Shown: one piece after another, positions 27,603 to 38,100 of the stretch | Layout: each line of letters starts with the position of its first letter | Position numbering within the stretch: the first letter of the stretch is position 1 | Origin: a virus | Taxonomy: Duplodnaviria > Caudoviricetes | Reading direction: 5' to 3' (one strand) | IMG/VR virus record: IMGVR_UViG_3300050015_000776 | Span: 1 to 48,419 of that record | Length of the DNA stretch: 48,419 nt | Translations under genes and position numbers: made by a program | The notes under the pieces: model-generated | What the model was told of the DNA's origin: nothing | Databases searched by the model: none | What the model saw: the letters and a program-made list of their open reading frames with translations, nothing else

Positions 27603-28861
27603 AAAGTCCTTCTGACAGGACCCGGCCGCGGATGCGGCTCGGGTGCGGGATGCGGAGGCCTCGGTGGTTGTGGTCCAGGAATTGGCACGTGCCTTACTGG
27701 CTGGATCAAATAGACGTCGCTGTATTCGTCCGCGACAGTCTTGTCTTGCGCCTGGAGGTCAAAATCGGAACTGAACAGGAGCAGGTTTCCACTTCGATTC
27801 GCAGAGGCCCAGGCCTCGTAATCGTATTGATTCTCACCATGCGGACGCGACCTGTGGTGCGCCAGGCGCACGGTGGGTGTTCCATCGTAAAAGACCTGCA
27901 GGATCTCGTTGGTGAAGGGGTACCATCCCGCCGGCGGCTCGGGATTGCCGGGTGCGTAAGTTGAGACGAAGCAGAAATTGGTGTGATCTGCCGTGCTGAT
28001 GTGAACCGCCAGCGACCAATCCAACTCCTGCAGGCAGGTCTGCTTGGCGTCGGACAGCCGAACTTTGATGACGGCGTTCTTGCCGACGTTCGGAGCAGGC
28101 TCCGCGGAATTGGTTATCACGACGATCTCGGATCCATCCGTATCCAGCGCAACGTCCTTGTGGCCGTTGACGCGGAAGATCTGTCGCACAAAGGCCATGC
28201 TCGGATCGTAAAGATCGATGGGCGCCAACTTGGTGGCGAGATCCAAACCCCAGGAAACGAGCACCTGGTTGTACGGCGTGAGATAGAGCGAATCGAAGCC
28301 CCGGCCTGCCGCGTCGAGCGCTGGCGAGCAGCTGTCGGTGCTGATGGTGTAGACGAAAATGTAGCGGCGATCGCCGGCGAAAACGAGGTGATCCCCGTCC
28401 ATGCTGATGTCCGACTCGCCCATGCCATAAATTGAGGAATACTCGCCGAATGTGCGAACGACGCGTGCCTGGCCGGTGGTTGCGTCGAAAACCTTGAGCT
28501 GGTTGCCATGGACGTAATAGAACTCGTGATTGTTCGCCCGGCTCCAGCGCGGCTCGCTCGAGGCGTTGACCTCGAGCGGAAGATCCCGAATATACCGCCC
28601 GGCCGAGTCGTACAGCGCGAAGTAGGACTGATGCACGAGGAGCGCGAGGCTATCGTCCTGGTTGAAAGGGCTCATGGTGGAGTACTCGACCATGATCCAG
28701 GTGAGGAATCCACCGCCGTCGGCGTTCCGGGCGTGCGCGGCGTCAGAGATCCTCTGAATCGATGTCCCGAAGGCGGGGTCGACAAACGAGCCACCCTGCG
28801 AGGGCGGCAGGAGAGTGTCGTAGTCGGGCGGGACGAGCACCGAGGGCTGTAATGTTGGCAT
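27599..28861 (-). CDS. Beta-propeller (TolB-like) protein
   Basis: FVDPAFGTSIQRISD, PRWS, RLAHHRS, LLFSSD; start uncertain (28861-28906). Confidence 0.7.
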   Translation of the reverse strand: MPTLQPSVLVPPDYDTLLPPSQGGSFVDPAFGTSIQRISDAAHARNADGGGFLTWIMVEYSTMSPFNQDDSLALLVHQSYFALYDSAGRYIRDLPLEVNASSEPRWSRANNHEFYYVHGNQLKVFDATTGQARVVRTFGEYSSIYGMGESDISMDGDHLVFAGDRRYIFVYTISTDSCSPALDAAGRGFDSLYLTPYNQVLVSWGLDLATKLAPIDLYDPSMAFVRQIFRVNGHKDVALDTDGSEIVVITNSAEPAPNVGKNAVIKVRLSDAKQTCLQELDWSLAVHISTADHTNFCFVSTYAPGNPEPPAGWYPFTNEILQVFYDGTPTVRLAHHRSRPHGENQYDYEAWASANRSGNLLLFSSDFDLQAQDKTVADEYSDVYLIQPVRHVPIPGPQPPRPPHPAPEPHPRPGPVRRTL

Positions 28862-28914
28862 GATGTTCAGTGAGAACGCCGGAGAGGCCAGAGTCCGCTT
28901 GCCCACGGAGTTAT

Positions 28915-30426
28915 TTACGGGACATACATACTGTAGAAAAGAGCAACATTTGCAGTCCCTGTGGGGATTGTCGTCACGCCAGTCTGATCCCCCGTCGCGC
29001 TGGCCGCAGAAAAGTTTCCGCCGCTACCAGCGGAAACGCTGGCATTCGCGCTGACGTTGGCAAAATAGACCATGAAATAATAGTCATGCGCATCGTCGAG
29101 CGCTATTGAAATCGGGTCGGTCGTGACAATTCCCGGAGAAACCAGCGTGGGGTTGGTTACGCCGCCGATAGTGACCGATGTCGTGTCAATCACTGCCGTA
29201 GATCCAGCCAGGGTGCGCTTGATGCACATACTCCCGATCACTGGCGAGCCTGCGCGGAACTGCATCTTCACAACCCAGCTGGCTGGAAACTGCAGCATGC
29301 CCATGCCGCTGAATCGGATCCACTGAGAATAATTCTGCAAGTTCGCGTTACTGCCCGCGAGCGTGTTCAGTGTTATGTTGACCAGCGACCCGGACGCACC
29401 GCCGCCCCCTCCACCGCCGCCCGTTGCTGTAATCACGTGGCTCGTGATGCTGATGCCCGACCCCGCCGTCAGGGGCAGTGCATAATCCACGTCGGCGGTA
29501 GCCGCCGCGGTGATGTCCAATGCCGTCCGCTTGATGATTCCATTGGCTCCGGGGTCCGCCAGACCGCCTGCTCCGCCGCCGATGGGAATCAACGGCCAAA
29601 CCCCGCTTGTGCGCGGGCCGTAAATCAATCCCGCAACTTTGTCAATATAGGCATCGCCATCTACGCCAAAGCCGAAGACGGAAGCGACGCTGTACAAGTA
29701 CATCTCATGGATGTTCAGGTACCCCAAAGTGTCGTTAACCCAATCGCTCACTGTAATCCGGTAGTACCGATACCCCATGGATGCCGCTGGAGAAAGGGTG
29801 AACATCCTCTTTTCCCGGAGGCCCCAGCCGGTTTGTGCCGTCTGCGTATCTAGCGTGGTCCACGTGGAGTTGTCATTACTGCCGGCCAATACCCAGGCCT
29901 TGGGCGGAGAGAAATAGAGCGAGGCGGGGTCCCCGCACACGATGGCATATTTCCCGAGCACGGCACTCGTGCTGCCCAGGTCCAACTTTAACCATTCCGG
30001 CCGGGTGTTGGACACCCAGCCATAGGGTTCGCCGCTAGAAATGCCGGCGAAGGTTTGCCATGCATGGGACACGCCGCCCCATGACTCATCGTCGGAAAAC
30101 GTAAGGGCATATGGCGATGGAGCGCTGTAGCCCGTCATACTGTGCGGGGCGAAATCCGTCCGAACGCCGTTAGGATTACCGGTCCCGATCCAGACCGGTG
30201 AGGTGCCAGTTCCTGCGCCCGCAGAGGCGCTCAGCACGCCCGACCCGTCCACCGTGATCGTAGTGCCGTCCGGTTTTACCAGGCCTACAATGGCGCCCGT
30301 GGCGATGGGAACATTGGCGCTTACGTTGCGCGGATTACTGGCGTCGCCCTGCCACTTGACGTTTTCGAAGCCTGTCGGCGCCGCGGGCGTCGCGTCGTTC
30401 AGGTTGATGATGGCGGGAGCTGGCAT
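28915..30426 (-). CDS. Tail fibre / receptor-binding protein with a discoidin (F5/8C) domain
   Basis: PEWLKLDLG...PKAWVLAGSNDNSTWTTLDT...YRYYRITV; GLVKPDGTTITVDGSGVLS fibre motif. Confidence 0.8.
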   Translation of the reverse strand: MPAPAIINLNDATPAAPTGFENVKWQGDASNPRNVSANVPIATGAIVGLVKPDGTTITVDGSGVLSASAGAGTGTSPVWIGTGNPNGVRTDFAPHSMTGYSAPSPYALTFSDDESWGGVSHAWQTFAGISSGEPYGWVSNTRPEWLKLDLGSTSAVLGKYAIVCGDPASLYFSPPKAWVLAGSNDNSTWTTLDTQTAQTGWGLREKRMFTLSPAASMGYRYYRITVSDWVNDTLGYLNIHEMYLYSVASVFGFGVDGDAYIDKVAGLIYGPRTSGVWPLIPIGGGAGGLADPGANGIIKRTALDITAAATADVDYALPLTAGSGISITSHVITATGGGGGGGGASGSLVNITLNTLAGSNANLQNYSQWIRFSGMGMLQFPASWVVKMQFRAGSPVIGSMCIKRTLAGSTAVIDTTSVTIGGVTNPTLVSPGIVTTDPISIALDDAHDYYFMVYFANVSANASVSAGSGGNFSAASATGDQTGVTTIPTGTANVALFYSMYVP

Positions 30427-30427
30427 C

Positions 30428-33400
30428 TCAGGCTCCGTTCACCAGGAAGAGCTGGCTCTGGTAGTACCCGGCCGGGAATTGCACCTTCTGAAGCATTCCG
30501 GAGGGCGGATCCGTCGTCGCGGGCGGAAGCGAGAAGTTGTAGGTCCGTGCTGTGAATTCCTGGTAGCTGATCGTGGCGAGCAATTGACTCCAGCCGGTCT
30601 GCCGCGTGTACACCGCGCCATGTGCAGGCTGGGCATTAACGACCGTGCCCCATCCGTCCCCATACCAGCCCTGGCCTGTCGCTGGATACGGCGTGCCCCA
30701 TGTCACGTCCGGGAAGACGGCGTGCACGATATAGATGCCCTGGGTCGCTGCGTCGACCGGGACGCCAACAGAGAAAGTCATCACGTAGGATTGCGCGCCG
30801 GCCAGGGCATCACCGACCGCGTGGGTGGAGTTTCCGGTGCGCGCGAGCGTGCCATCTGTGTTGAGCGTAAACGTCCCGCCGCCCTGCGCGAGCGTTCCCT
30901 CAATCTCGATTCCGGGGATGGCAAACGACGTGATGGGCAGTGCAAAGACGCCGCTGGCGCCTGCCAGAACGACCGTGTGTGGAGCGGTCGTGTCGAGAGG
31001 CGCCCGAAGCGCAGAGGTGCGCGAGCAGAGGTAAACCGTCCAACTCTCGGTCGTCGTTGCAGGCAGCGGCATCCTCGCGCAGAAGACGCCCCACACCTGA
31101 TCGTCGGTTGCGTTGCGATTCCCCGAATAGTCGAAGTCACCGGCGCAAATCATCTGACCCGAGCCCGTTGGAATCTCGACATAAACCGTCACGCCGACAA
31201 AGTTCTGCACTGGCAACGGAGGGCAGTATTCCCCGCTCAGATAGATGCTGGTTCCGTCCGTCGTCACAACAACAACGAACGGATAGGATGTTCCACCGAT
31301 GATGATGGGCAGCACCGGAAGCGGCCTCAGTCCCGCGAGGGACCGGCCTGGAATCGCACTTGGTGCGACGTCGGCCGGCTTGGGACCGGATGTGAGGTCG
31401 TACATCTCGTCAACGACTGTGGTGCCCTGAATTGTGAGACTGAAGTCCTTGGCCAGTGACCATTTCGTTACCCGGAATTTGACCGTCCCCTCCGCCGTCT
31501 TGGGTCCGGTGTAGCTCACAACTGCGCCCGGTTCGACGCTGAGCGCGAGCACCGTGGTTCGCAGCTCGTGGGTGCGCGCGTTCATCATGGCGTCCGGACC
31601 GTGGCCGCCGATCTCTTCCCGTGCCTTGGTCGCGGTGATGCGTGCGGCCTGGCTCTTGGTGGTCACGCCCCACACGCGCGCCTTCTTCACGGAGCGGCCC
31701 GCAACCGCCAGAACCTCCTTGTCCTCATAGCCGAGGGAGTTGTCCGCGTAATTGTAATCCGAGTCGCTGAACGTCACCTCCAGGCGCGTGAATCCGGGGC
31801 GCCGGGAGGACTCCGAATAAGAGTTGTATAACGTGTTTCCGATGGTGAAAGCGTCCGTGGCGGAGGCGTTATAGGCGAGACCGGTGCGCAGTTTTCCGAA
31901 ACAGAAATTGAAGAAGCCGAGGCAGGATCCGAGGATGTCGCGCAGCACGTCGCGGAGCGGGCGAGGGTTGCCCGAAGCATCTGCGCCGATCACGCCAGCA
32001 CAGCAGAATTGTGGTTCGGTGACGACTGCCTGAGAGATGGTCAACGAGCCGCCTTGCCCATAGGCAGGGTTGCTGGGGTCCTGTGTCGTGTAAACGCCCT
32101 GAAGAACCCACCCTCCCGGCGTGTAAACGTAGAAATAATTGTCGTTGAGGTCGGTATAGAATGTGTTGTACCCGCCGGCGGGAACCCCGCTCGGTGCGCC
32201 CCTCCCCGTGGTGTAATTGCTCGTAAGTGGCCAAGACGACGGCGGGCCGTTGATGTTGGGGATGGTGACGTTGACGTTGCGTGCGAAAAGCGGCGTCACC
32301 GCAATGTCGCAGATCGCTGCGTCCGCGACCGCCTTGGCGCAGTCGAACCACTGCTCCATTTCCGCGGCCGCGGCGTTTGCATACCAGTAGAGTTTGGCAA
32401 GATTCACGCCGTAGTCGCCCATCGCCTGCCATGCCGCAGCGGCCGGCGCCGGCGGCACCGCGTACTGGATTCCGGCCGTCGTGTCGACGTAGACATTTCC
32501 CGCCACGGGCGTGGCCGTGGGCGCGCCGGCGCCGCTGGACCAGTTGGAGGGCAGCGGGCTGGGTAGCGCGGCGCAAGGAGCGGCGCCTGCCAGCTGCGAG
32601 GACTTCCAGAGCAGATGCGTGTTGATGGTGATCCAGATAGGGTTGGCGAGGCCGCGCACCCAGGCGCGCGTGCCTGGCGCGGTCCACACCCAGCCACCGA
32701 GGCCCTGGTCAATGAATGCCTCCATGTCGTGGGTCTCGACCGCGACCGGCTGAATCCCGCTCGCATCGGTTCTGCGGATCTGGAGGAAGGAAACGCCGTC
32801 GATCGGCTGTCCATTTTGGGGCCAGGTCGTGGAGGTCGAATCCAGCGCAAAGTAATTCGAACCAGCATCTGGAGCGTTATCCTTGCTGGCTGGATTGCCC
32901 GTAGAGGGATCACCGCCCCACGCGCGGCGCAGGCCGAACATGCGTTTCGAGATGTCGCTGTCGCCCACGCCGTGCCAAGGCTGGCCGTCCAGCGTATGCC
33001 AGTGGTCGCTGCCCTGATAGAAGTCCCCGATCGGCCCTCGAGACACGATGCCCAGAGCAGCGTAATACTGCGACTCGTCGCGGCCTGACAGAAGCGGGCA
33101 CGGCACCTTGAGGGGGTGCGTGGAATCGTCAATCCAGACGTCCTGAACTGGCTGGCCATAGATTGTGTCGGAAGCGATGCTCGTGCTCGTGATCCGGTTC
33201 CCGCCGGTGTGAACGTTCACAGGCTGATCCGGGACTTGGAACTGCGGGTCGTTCCGGTCGACGGTCAAGACTGGATAGTTCTTGCGCAGGTCCCACACCG
33301 GATCGCCGGCAGACACGATGAACTTATCCGTCGGATCATCCTGGAAGTCGTTGATCTCGCCGCTCCACAGGTTCAGCAGCGTGCCCGTGTTCACGTGATA

Positions 33401-34561
33401 ATAGCTGAACTGCAACGTCGCGCCATAGAGTGTGATGGCCCGCGCCAGCTGCGAAAAGACGCGGTCCGCGTTGCCGAGGGTGACCTGGAACTGATCCGCT
33501 GCGCCGTCAATACTTTGCGTGATTTCCGAACGGTCGACAATGCGCGGCTGATAGAGCCGGGCGCCGGCGACAGTGAACTCCAGCGACAGGGAATAGATCG
33601 TGTTGTAAACCTCGACCGCCAGGGTGTCATTGCCGGTCGAAGCGCCGAGCGTCACAATAAGCAGGCTCGCGCCGGTTTGCGTTCCGGGCCCGGTGTAAAC
33701 GAGCACCCCGTTGAAATAGACCGCCTGCACCCAATCATCCGCGGCGCATCGCAGTGTCAGAGTGACGCCCGGTGTGGCGCACGTAAGGGCGACCCTATAG
33801 AGAAGTTGATCCCCAGGGCTGCGGTTGCTCGGCGTGTCCGAGATGTACTGCGCGCCGTTCTCAAAGAAGTAGAAATGGAATGTAGAACCGAGAACGGCCG
33901 GCGACCAGGCCGAATCGTCGAAGCCGCTGCCTGTCCATCCCGTCGGCGGCGTGCCCGCGCCGATGAAGAGAAACTTACCCAACCCGGGCTGCGAAATGAG
34001 AAGTGGCACCCCGTCGAACTCGACCCGACGATCCGACAGGAACACGTTGCTCCCGATCTGGACGAGTGGGATCAGTTCCTGTGTGTCGCTCAGGAGCGCA
34101 GTCAACGTGGTGGTGTCCGGGAAACGGGTCAGCGTCTCCGTGATGGTGTAGCTCGGTGTCGTCTGCGGAACTTCGCAGAGTTTGACGCTGGCCGAAAAGA
34201 AGACTCCGCCCGGGAGGGATTGAATGGCGAGCGGACCATCGAACCGCGCCACGACTGCATGAACCGAGCCGTCCGGCATCGGCAGGTTCATGTAGAACGG
34301 AATCGTCTCCGCTTTCTGCTGATCATGGAAAGCCTGCAGCGTAGCTTTGCGCGCCGGAGAGAGACGGGAGAATAGCAACGTCCAGCGGATCAGGCCATCG
34401 CCCAGCATGAATCGCTGCTCCGCCGCCGAATCGCCATGGCCGAAGCGGTGCGCGACGATTTCTGGGGCATAGGTTTTCACGGCGCCAAAGTCTGGCGTCA
34501 GTGGAAACGTGCCGCTCGGAGTCTGATCCGGGACCGCGATCGGGCCGATGTATTCTGACAT
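30428..34561 (-). CDS. Tail tip / baseplate hub protein with inserted carbohydrate-binding modules
   Basis: 1377 aa following Dit; LANPIW, RDIL, FSDSDYNY, QAAR, VEPGAVV hub-like segments. Confidence 0.8.
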   Translation of the reverse strand: MSEYIGPIAVPDQTPSGTFPLTPDFGAVKTYAPEIVAHRFGHGDSAAEQRFMLGDGLIRWTLLFSRLSPARKATLQAFHDQQKAETIPFYMNLPMPDGSVHAVVARFDGPLAIQSLPGGVFFSASVKLCEVPQTTPSYTITETLTRFPDTTTLTALLSDTQELIPLVQIGSNVFLSDRRVEFDGVPLLISQPGLGKFLFIGAGTPPTGWTGSGFDDSAWSPAVLGSTFHFYFFENGAQYISDTPSNRSPGDQLLYRVALTCATPGVTLTLRCAADDWVQAVYFNGVLVYTGPGTQTGASLLIVTLGASTGNDTLAVEVYNTIYSLSLEFTVAGARLYQPRIVDRSEITQSIDGAADQFQVTLGNADRVFSQLARAITLYGATLQFSYYHVNTGTLLNLWSGEINDFQDDPTDKFIVSAGDPVWDLRKNYPVLTVDRNDPQFQVPDQPVNVHTGGNRITSTSIASDTIYGQPVQDVWIDDSTHPLKVPCPLLSGRDESQYYAALGIVSRGPIGDFYQGSDHWHTLDGQPWHGVGDSDISKRMFGLRRAWGGDPSTGNPASKDNAPDAGSNYFALDSTSTTWPQNGQPIDGVSFLQIRRTDASGIQPVAVETHDMEAFIDQGLGGWVWTAPGTRAWVRGLANPIWITINTHLLWKSSQLAGAAPCAALPSPLPSNWSSGAGAPTATPVAGNVYVDTTAGIQYAVPPAPAAAAWQAMGDYGVNLAKLYWYANAAAAEMEQWFDCAKAVADAAICDIAVTPLFARNVNVTIPNINGPPSSWPLTSNYTTGRGAPSGVPAGGYNTFYTDLNDNYFYVYTPGGWVLQGVYTTQDPSNPAYGQGGSLTISQAVVTEPQFCCAGVIGADASGNPRPLRDVLRDILGSCLGFFNFCFGKLRTGLAYNASATDAFTIGNTLYNSYSESSRRPGFTRLEVTFSDSDYNYADNSLGYEDKEVLAVAGRSVKKARVWGVTTKSQAARITATKAREEIGGHGPDAMMNARTHELRTTVLALSVEPGAVVSYTGPKTAEGTVKFRVTKWSLAKDFSLTIQGTTVVDEMYDLTSGPKPADVAPSAIPGRSLAGLRPLPVLPIIIGGTSYPFVVVVTTDGTSIYLSGEYCPPLPVQNFVGVTVYVEIPTGSGQMICAGDFDYSGNRNATDDQVWGVFCARMPLPATTTESWTVYLCSRTSALRAPLDTTAPHTVVLAGASGVFALPITSFAIPGIEIEGTLAQGGGTFTLNTDGTLARTGNSTHAVGDALAGAQSYVMTFSVGVPVDAATQGIYIVHAVFPDVTWGTPYPATGQGWYGDGWGTVVNAQPAHGAVYTRQTGWSQLLATISYQEFTARTYNFSLPPATTDPPSGMLQKVQFPAGYYQSQLFLVNGA

Positions 34562-34953
34562 CAGATTCCGGGAAGTTCGATCAGCGCGAATTGGGATGAC
34601 CAGCGGGCGATCGAGTAAGTGCTCGGGAATTGGCCGTCAAAACGCACGGTATTGCGGCCGCCCTCGCTCACACCCGTCACATCGTAGTCCGCGAAGAGCG
34701 GATAAAAGTAAAACGACTCCAGGCCGCCCCGCCGCGCCTTCCAGAACGCGTCGAGGGTCAGCCATTGCACATAGGTTAGATGGCGCCCCAGCTGCCACGA
34801 CAGGCGCGGGTAGTCGCCATCACAGCGTGGCTGATAGCTGCCGTCCGGGTATGTGTTCAGGACCGTGGGCCACGTGTCCGTGAGGACGAAGGCGGCCCAC
34901 AGCGCTTGCGGGAGAACCGTCGCGGGCGCGGCATAAAGGAGCGTGCCGGGCAT
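34561..34953 (-). CDS. Distal tail protein (DUF2460/Dit-like)
   Basis: LDAFWKARRGGLESFYF...VRFDG; follows the tape measure gene. Confidence 0.75.
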   Translation of the reverse strand: MPGTLLYAAPATVLPQALWAAFVLTDTWPTVLNTYPDGSYQPRCDGDYPRLSWQLGRHLTYVQWLTLDAFWKARRGGLESFYFYPLFADYDVTGVSEGGRNTVRFDGQFPSTYSIARWSSQFALIELPGI

Positions 34954-34956
34954 GGT

Positions 34957-35118
34957 CTATTTGATTCCGAGCTGATAGCGAAATCCGTGTTTGACGAGCC
35001 AATTGACGACGCGGTCCTCGCGCCGTTCTATGGGAAACCAGGCAAGCAGCCAAACCGCGGGCAAGAACCACCACTTTCGCGTGGCTAAAACCCCGACGGT
35101 CAATTGAGGGCGCGGCAT
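34957..35118 (-). CDS. 53-aa Trp-rich small protein (absent from the ORF track)
   Basis: TGATG coupling to the TMP stop; MPRPQLTVGVLATRKWWFLPAVWLLAWFP...; fills the gap. Confidence 0.55.
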   Translation of the reverse strand: MPRPQLTVGVLATRKWWFLPAVWLLAWFPIERREDRVVNWLVKHGFRYQLGIK

Positions 35119-38100
35119 CAGATCGTGCCCATGGCCGGGGAAAGAAGGTTCGAAGCAAGCGCGGTGCGACCCTGGCTCTGGCCCGTGGCGCTCACCGCGG
35201 CGCCGCCCAGGAAGTTCGTCGTCGCGCGCCCGTCCATGTTCGCGACGACAGTGACGTTCGGCGTGAGAGTCTGGAAGCCGCCCATGCTCTGCAGCGAGGA
35301 CTGGTAGCCATAAGCGCCACCATTGCTGTAGGTTGCAGACTGATAGAGTGAGCCGCCCGACTCGGTCAGGTTCACGCCGCGGGCCACATTATCGGTGTAG
35401 AGGCCGGAGGTTCCGCCGGAGACGCTGCTCTTCGTCATCTGGGCATAGAGCATGATCTCCTGATGGACCTTGTCCTGCTGGAGAAAGACGCGGAAGTCCA
35501 TCTTGCCAGCTTCCGCCACCAGAGACTTTGCGAAGGTGTCGTCGATCTTGACGCCGTAGGCGTTCTTGACGTCGTTCTTCATGTCCTCCGTGGGATTGGA
35601 GCCGAAAGCCCAATGCAGGCCGCCGATGAGAGCGCCGACGCCGGCGCCGATCGCCGCGCCCAAAGGCCCGCCGAACTTCTCTCCAATGGCGGCGCCGCCG
35701 CCCGTCATCTCGAGCATGCCCATTCCGCCGCCACGCTTCCAGCCGTCCAAGGCGAGCATGGTTCCACCGGCCATGAGTGCAGCGCCACCGATGCCGCCGA
35801 CGCCGCCGGAGAACGCGCCACCGCCGGTTGAATCCGTCCCGCCCATGTCAACGCCTGGCTGCCCATCAACGCCCGCGGTGCCATAGGACTGTCCGCTCGC
35901 CCTGCTCCAGAAACCGGACAGACCGCCGCCGCCCTTGAAAAGATTCGCGATCCCTCCAATTTGGCCCAAGCCGCCCATGCCGAAACCGCCGCCGCCCATC
36001 GACGAGCCGCCAGCCATGGAACCGCCGCCCGCGCCGCCCCAGAATGGAGGCGTCGCTGCACTCATCCCGGGTCCACCGCCATAGCCGCCCCAGGCCGGAT
36101 CCCAACCAGGCGGCCCGTTCACCACGCCACCGCCGAAACCAAGAATGGCGGCGGCAGGTCCCACTGCGCCAAAGCCGCCTCCTGCGCCCGAACTGGGAGA
36201 GGCACCGAATCCTACGGATCCATCGGGCTGGACGGTCATGCCGCCCGCGCCTGGCTGGCCTCCACCAAAGCCGGCCGAGCCGGGGGCCCAGCCCGCGCCG
36301 CCGTTGAACAGGCCACCGCCGAAACCCAGGATGCCAGCAGCGGGGCCCGCGGCGCCAGAGCCGCCGCCTGCGCCGACCATCCAGCCGCCCTTGCCGCGGG
36401 CGCCGCCGCCCGTGAAGGCCGTGGCGCCCATCAGCATGCCGGCGATCCAAGCGCTGAGCGCCTCCTTGATGGGCGTGAGGAAGGCGGTGCGTATCGTCGC
36501 CATCAGAGTCTGGCCGAAGTTCTTCGTATTGGAGATCAGGGCATCGAACAGTGTGCCGGCGGAGTTTTTGATCGCGTCGAAGTGCTTTTGATACTCGCTC
36601 TCCAAGTCTTTGGCTTCCTTCAGTGCGGAGCTTTCGCGCGCAGCCTCAATCGCCACATTCACGTCGGTTTGCGATCGCTGGACCTCCTGGTGGCCTCGGG
36701 CCTCAATCGAGGCGCGCATATACGGGTCCGTTGCAGCGGCGGCCTCGTCGCCGTAGCGCGCGATGATGGCCTGCTCCTGCGCCGCCTGCGCGCGCTGCAG
36801 GTAGTCAATCTCAATGGCCAATTTGTCCTGCTCCAGCCCGACCTTCGCGCGAATCGTCTGCTGGTAATTCGTTTTGAGCGCCTCCGCGTCGGCGAGTTCG
36901 ACCGATCGCAGCCGGGCATCGCGCGCGGTCTGGAGGTCGCCGGCGGCGCCGGCCTGGCCCTGCACCCAGGTGCCATAGCTGTATTCCGCCGCGGCGGATT
37001 GCTGCGGCCCCAGCGGACCTCCTCGAGTGTTGATCTCAGAGACTGCGAAACGCTCCTCCGCTTCCTTGGCGGACTTGTCCATTTGTAAATCCGCCTGCTT
37101 TTTATTCCAGATTTTATTCATCCAGGTCCACTCGGCCATCATCCGGGAGTCGATGTTCTTGCGGATCGTATCGTTGAGCTTGCCTTCGGTCCTGAGCTGC
37201 ACGATATGCTGGTCGTGTTCCGCGATGATCTTCGCCAGTTCGGAATGTTCCTTGCCCCATGCATCGGCGGCCTCCTTCGCCGTCTCCGCTTCGATCTTCA
37301 ACACTTCCTTGGCGTGTTCGGAGAGCTCGCGCGGCTCGGGCTTGGCCGCACCGCCCTTGGGGCTGAGCACGCCGTTCTCGTAACTGAAGGCAGAGAGCGA
37401 GGAGAAATTGTTGCTGGCGGCATCACCAAGCTCCGGACGCACCTGGAGGATGCCCTTCTTTTCGTTCAGCGCCTTCTGGCGGTCCGCCCAACCTTTGTCC
37501 TGGTCGGAATACCGGGAGTAGAGAATCGCTCCGCCGATGACCGCGAGGCCCGCCGCGACGCCGATTGGATTCAGCGCTAAGACCGCATTCAAACCGGTCA
37601 TAGCAGTGACGATCTCCCGGATCTTAAATGCGATCGCAGCAACGGCAAGCGCCCCGCCGAGGACCAGAAACACTTCTGCTAAATGCTCGAGCTGGTCCTT
37701 GTGTTCCTTGATGTAGCCGATGAACTCGCGAACGGCTGTCAGGAGTTTTTTGTATTCGCCCTGGAGGTCTTGCCCGATGGCCAGTTTCAATGCCTCGATT
37801 TCGAGCCTGAGCTTCTCCGCCTGGCCCTCTGCCGTCTTGTCTGCGGCCGCGCCCGCTCCCTGAATCCGGATCCGCTCCTGCAACACCAGGTTGAGCCGGA
37901 TCAGGGTCGCCTCATCTTCGGTCACCTTGTATCCGGTCGCGGTTTCCCTCTGCTTAATCGCCCCTTCGAAGTCGATTTTCGGTAGCCCGATCCGTCTTAG
38001 ATCTCGGGCGTTGCCATATTCGACCGCGTTCATGAGGGCGGCCGCCGCCTCCGGGCGCGTGGTCCCGCTGATGGCGGCCACGTCATTTGCCATGGTCGCG

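Noticed and set aside
34976-34987. 12-bp match TAGCGAAATCCG to the cos region (8176-8187)
   Set aside because: 12-mer matches are expected by chance in 48 kb, and this one lies inside a small ORF.
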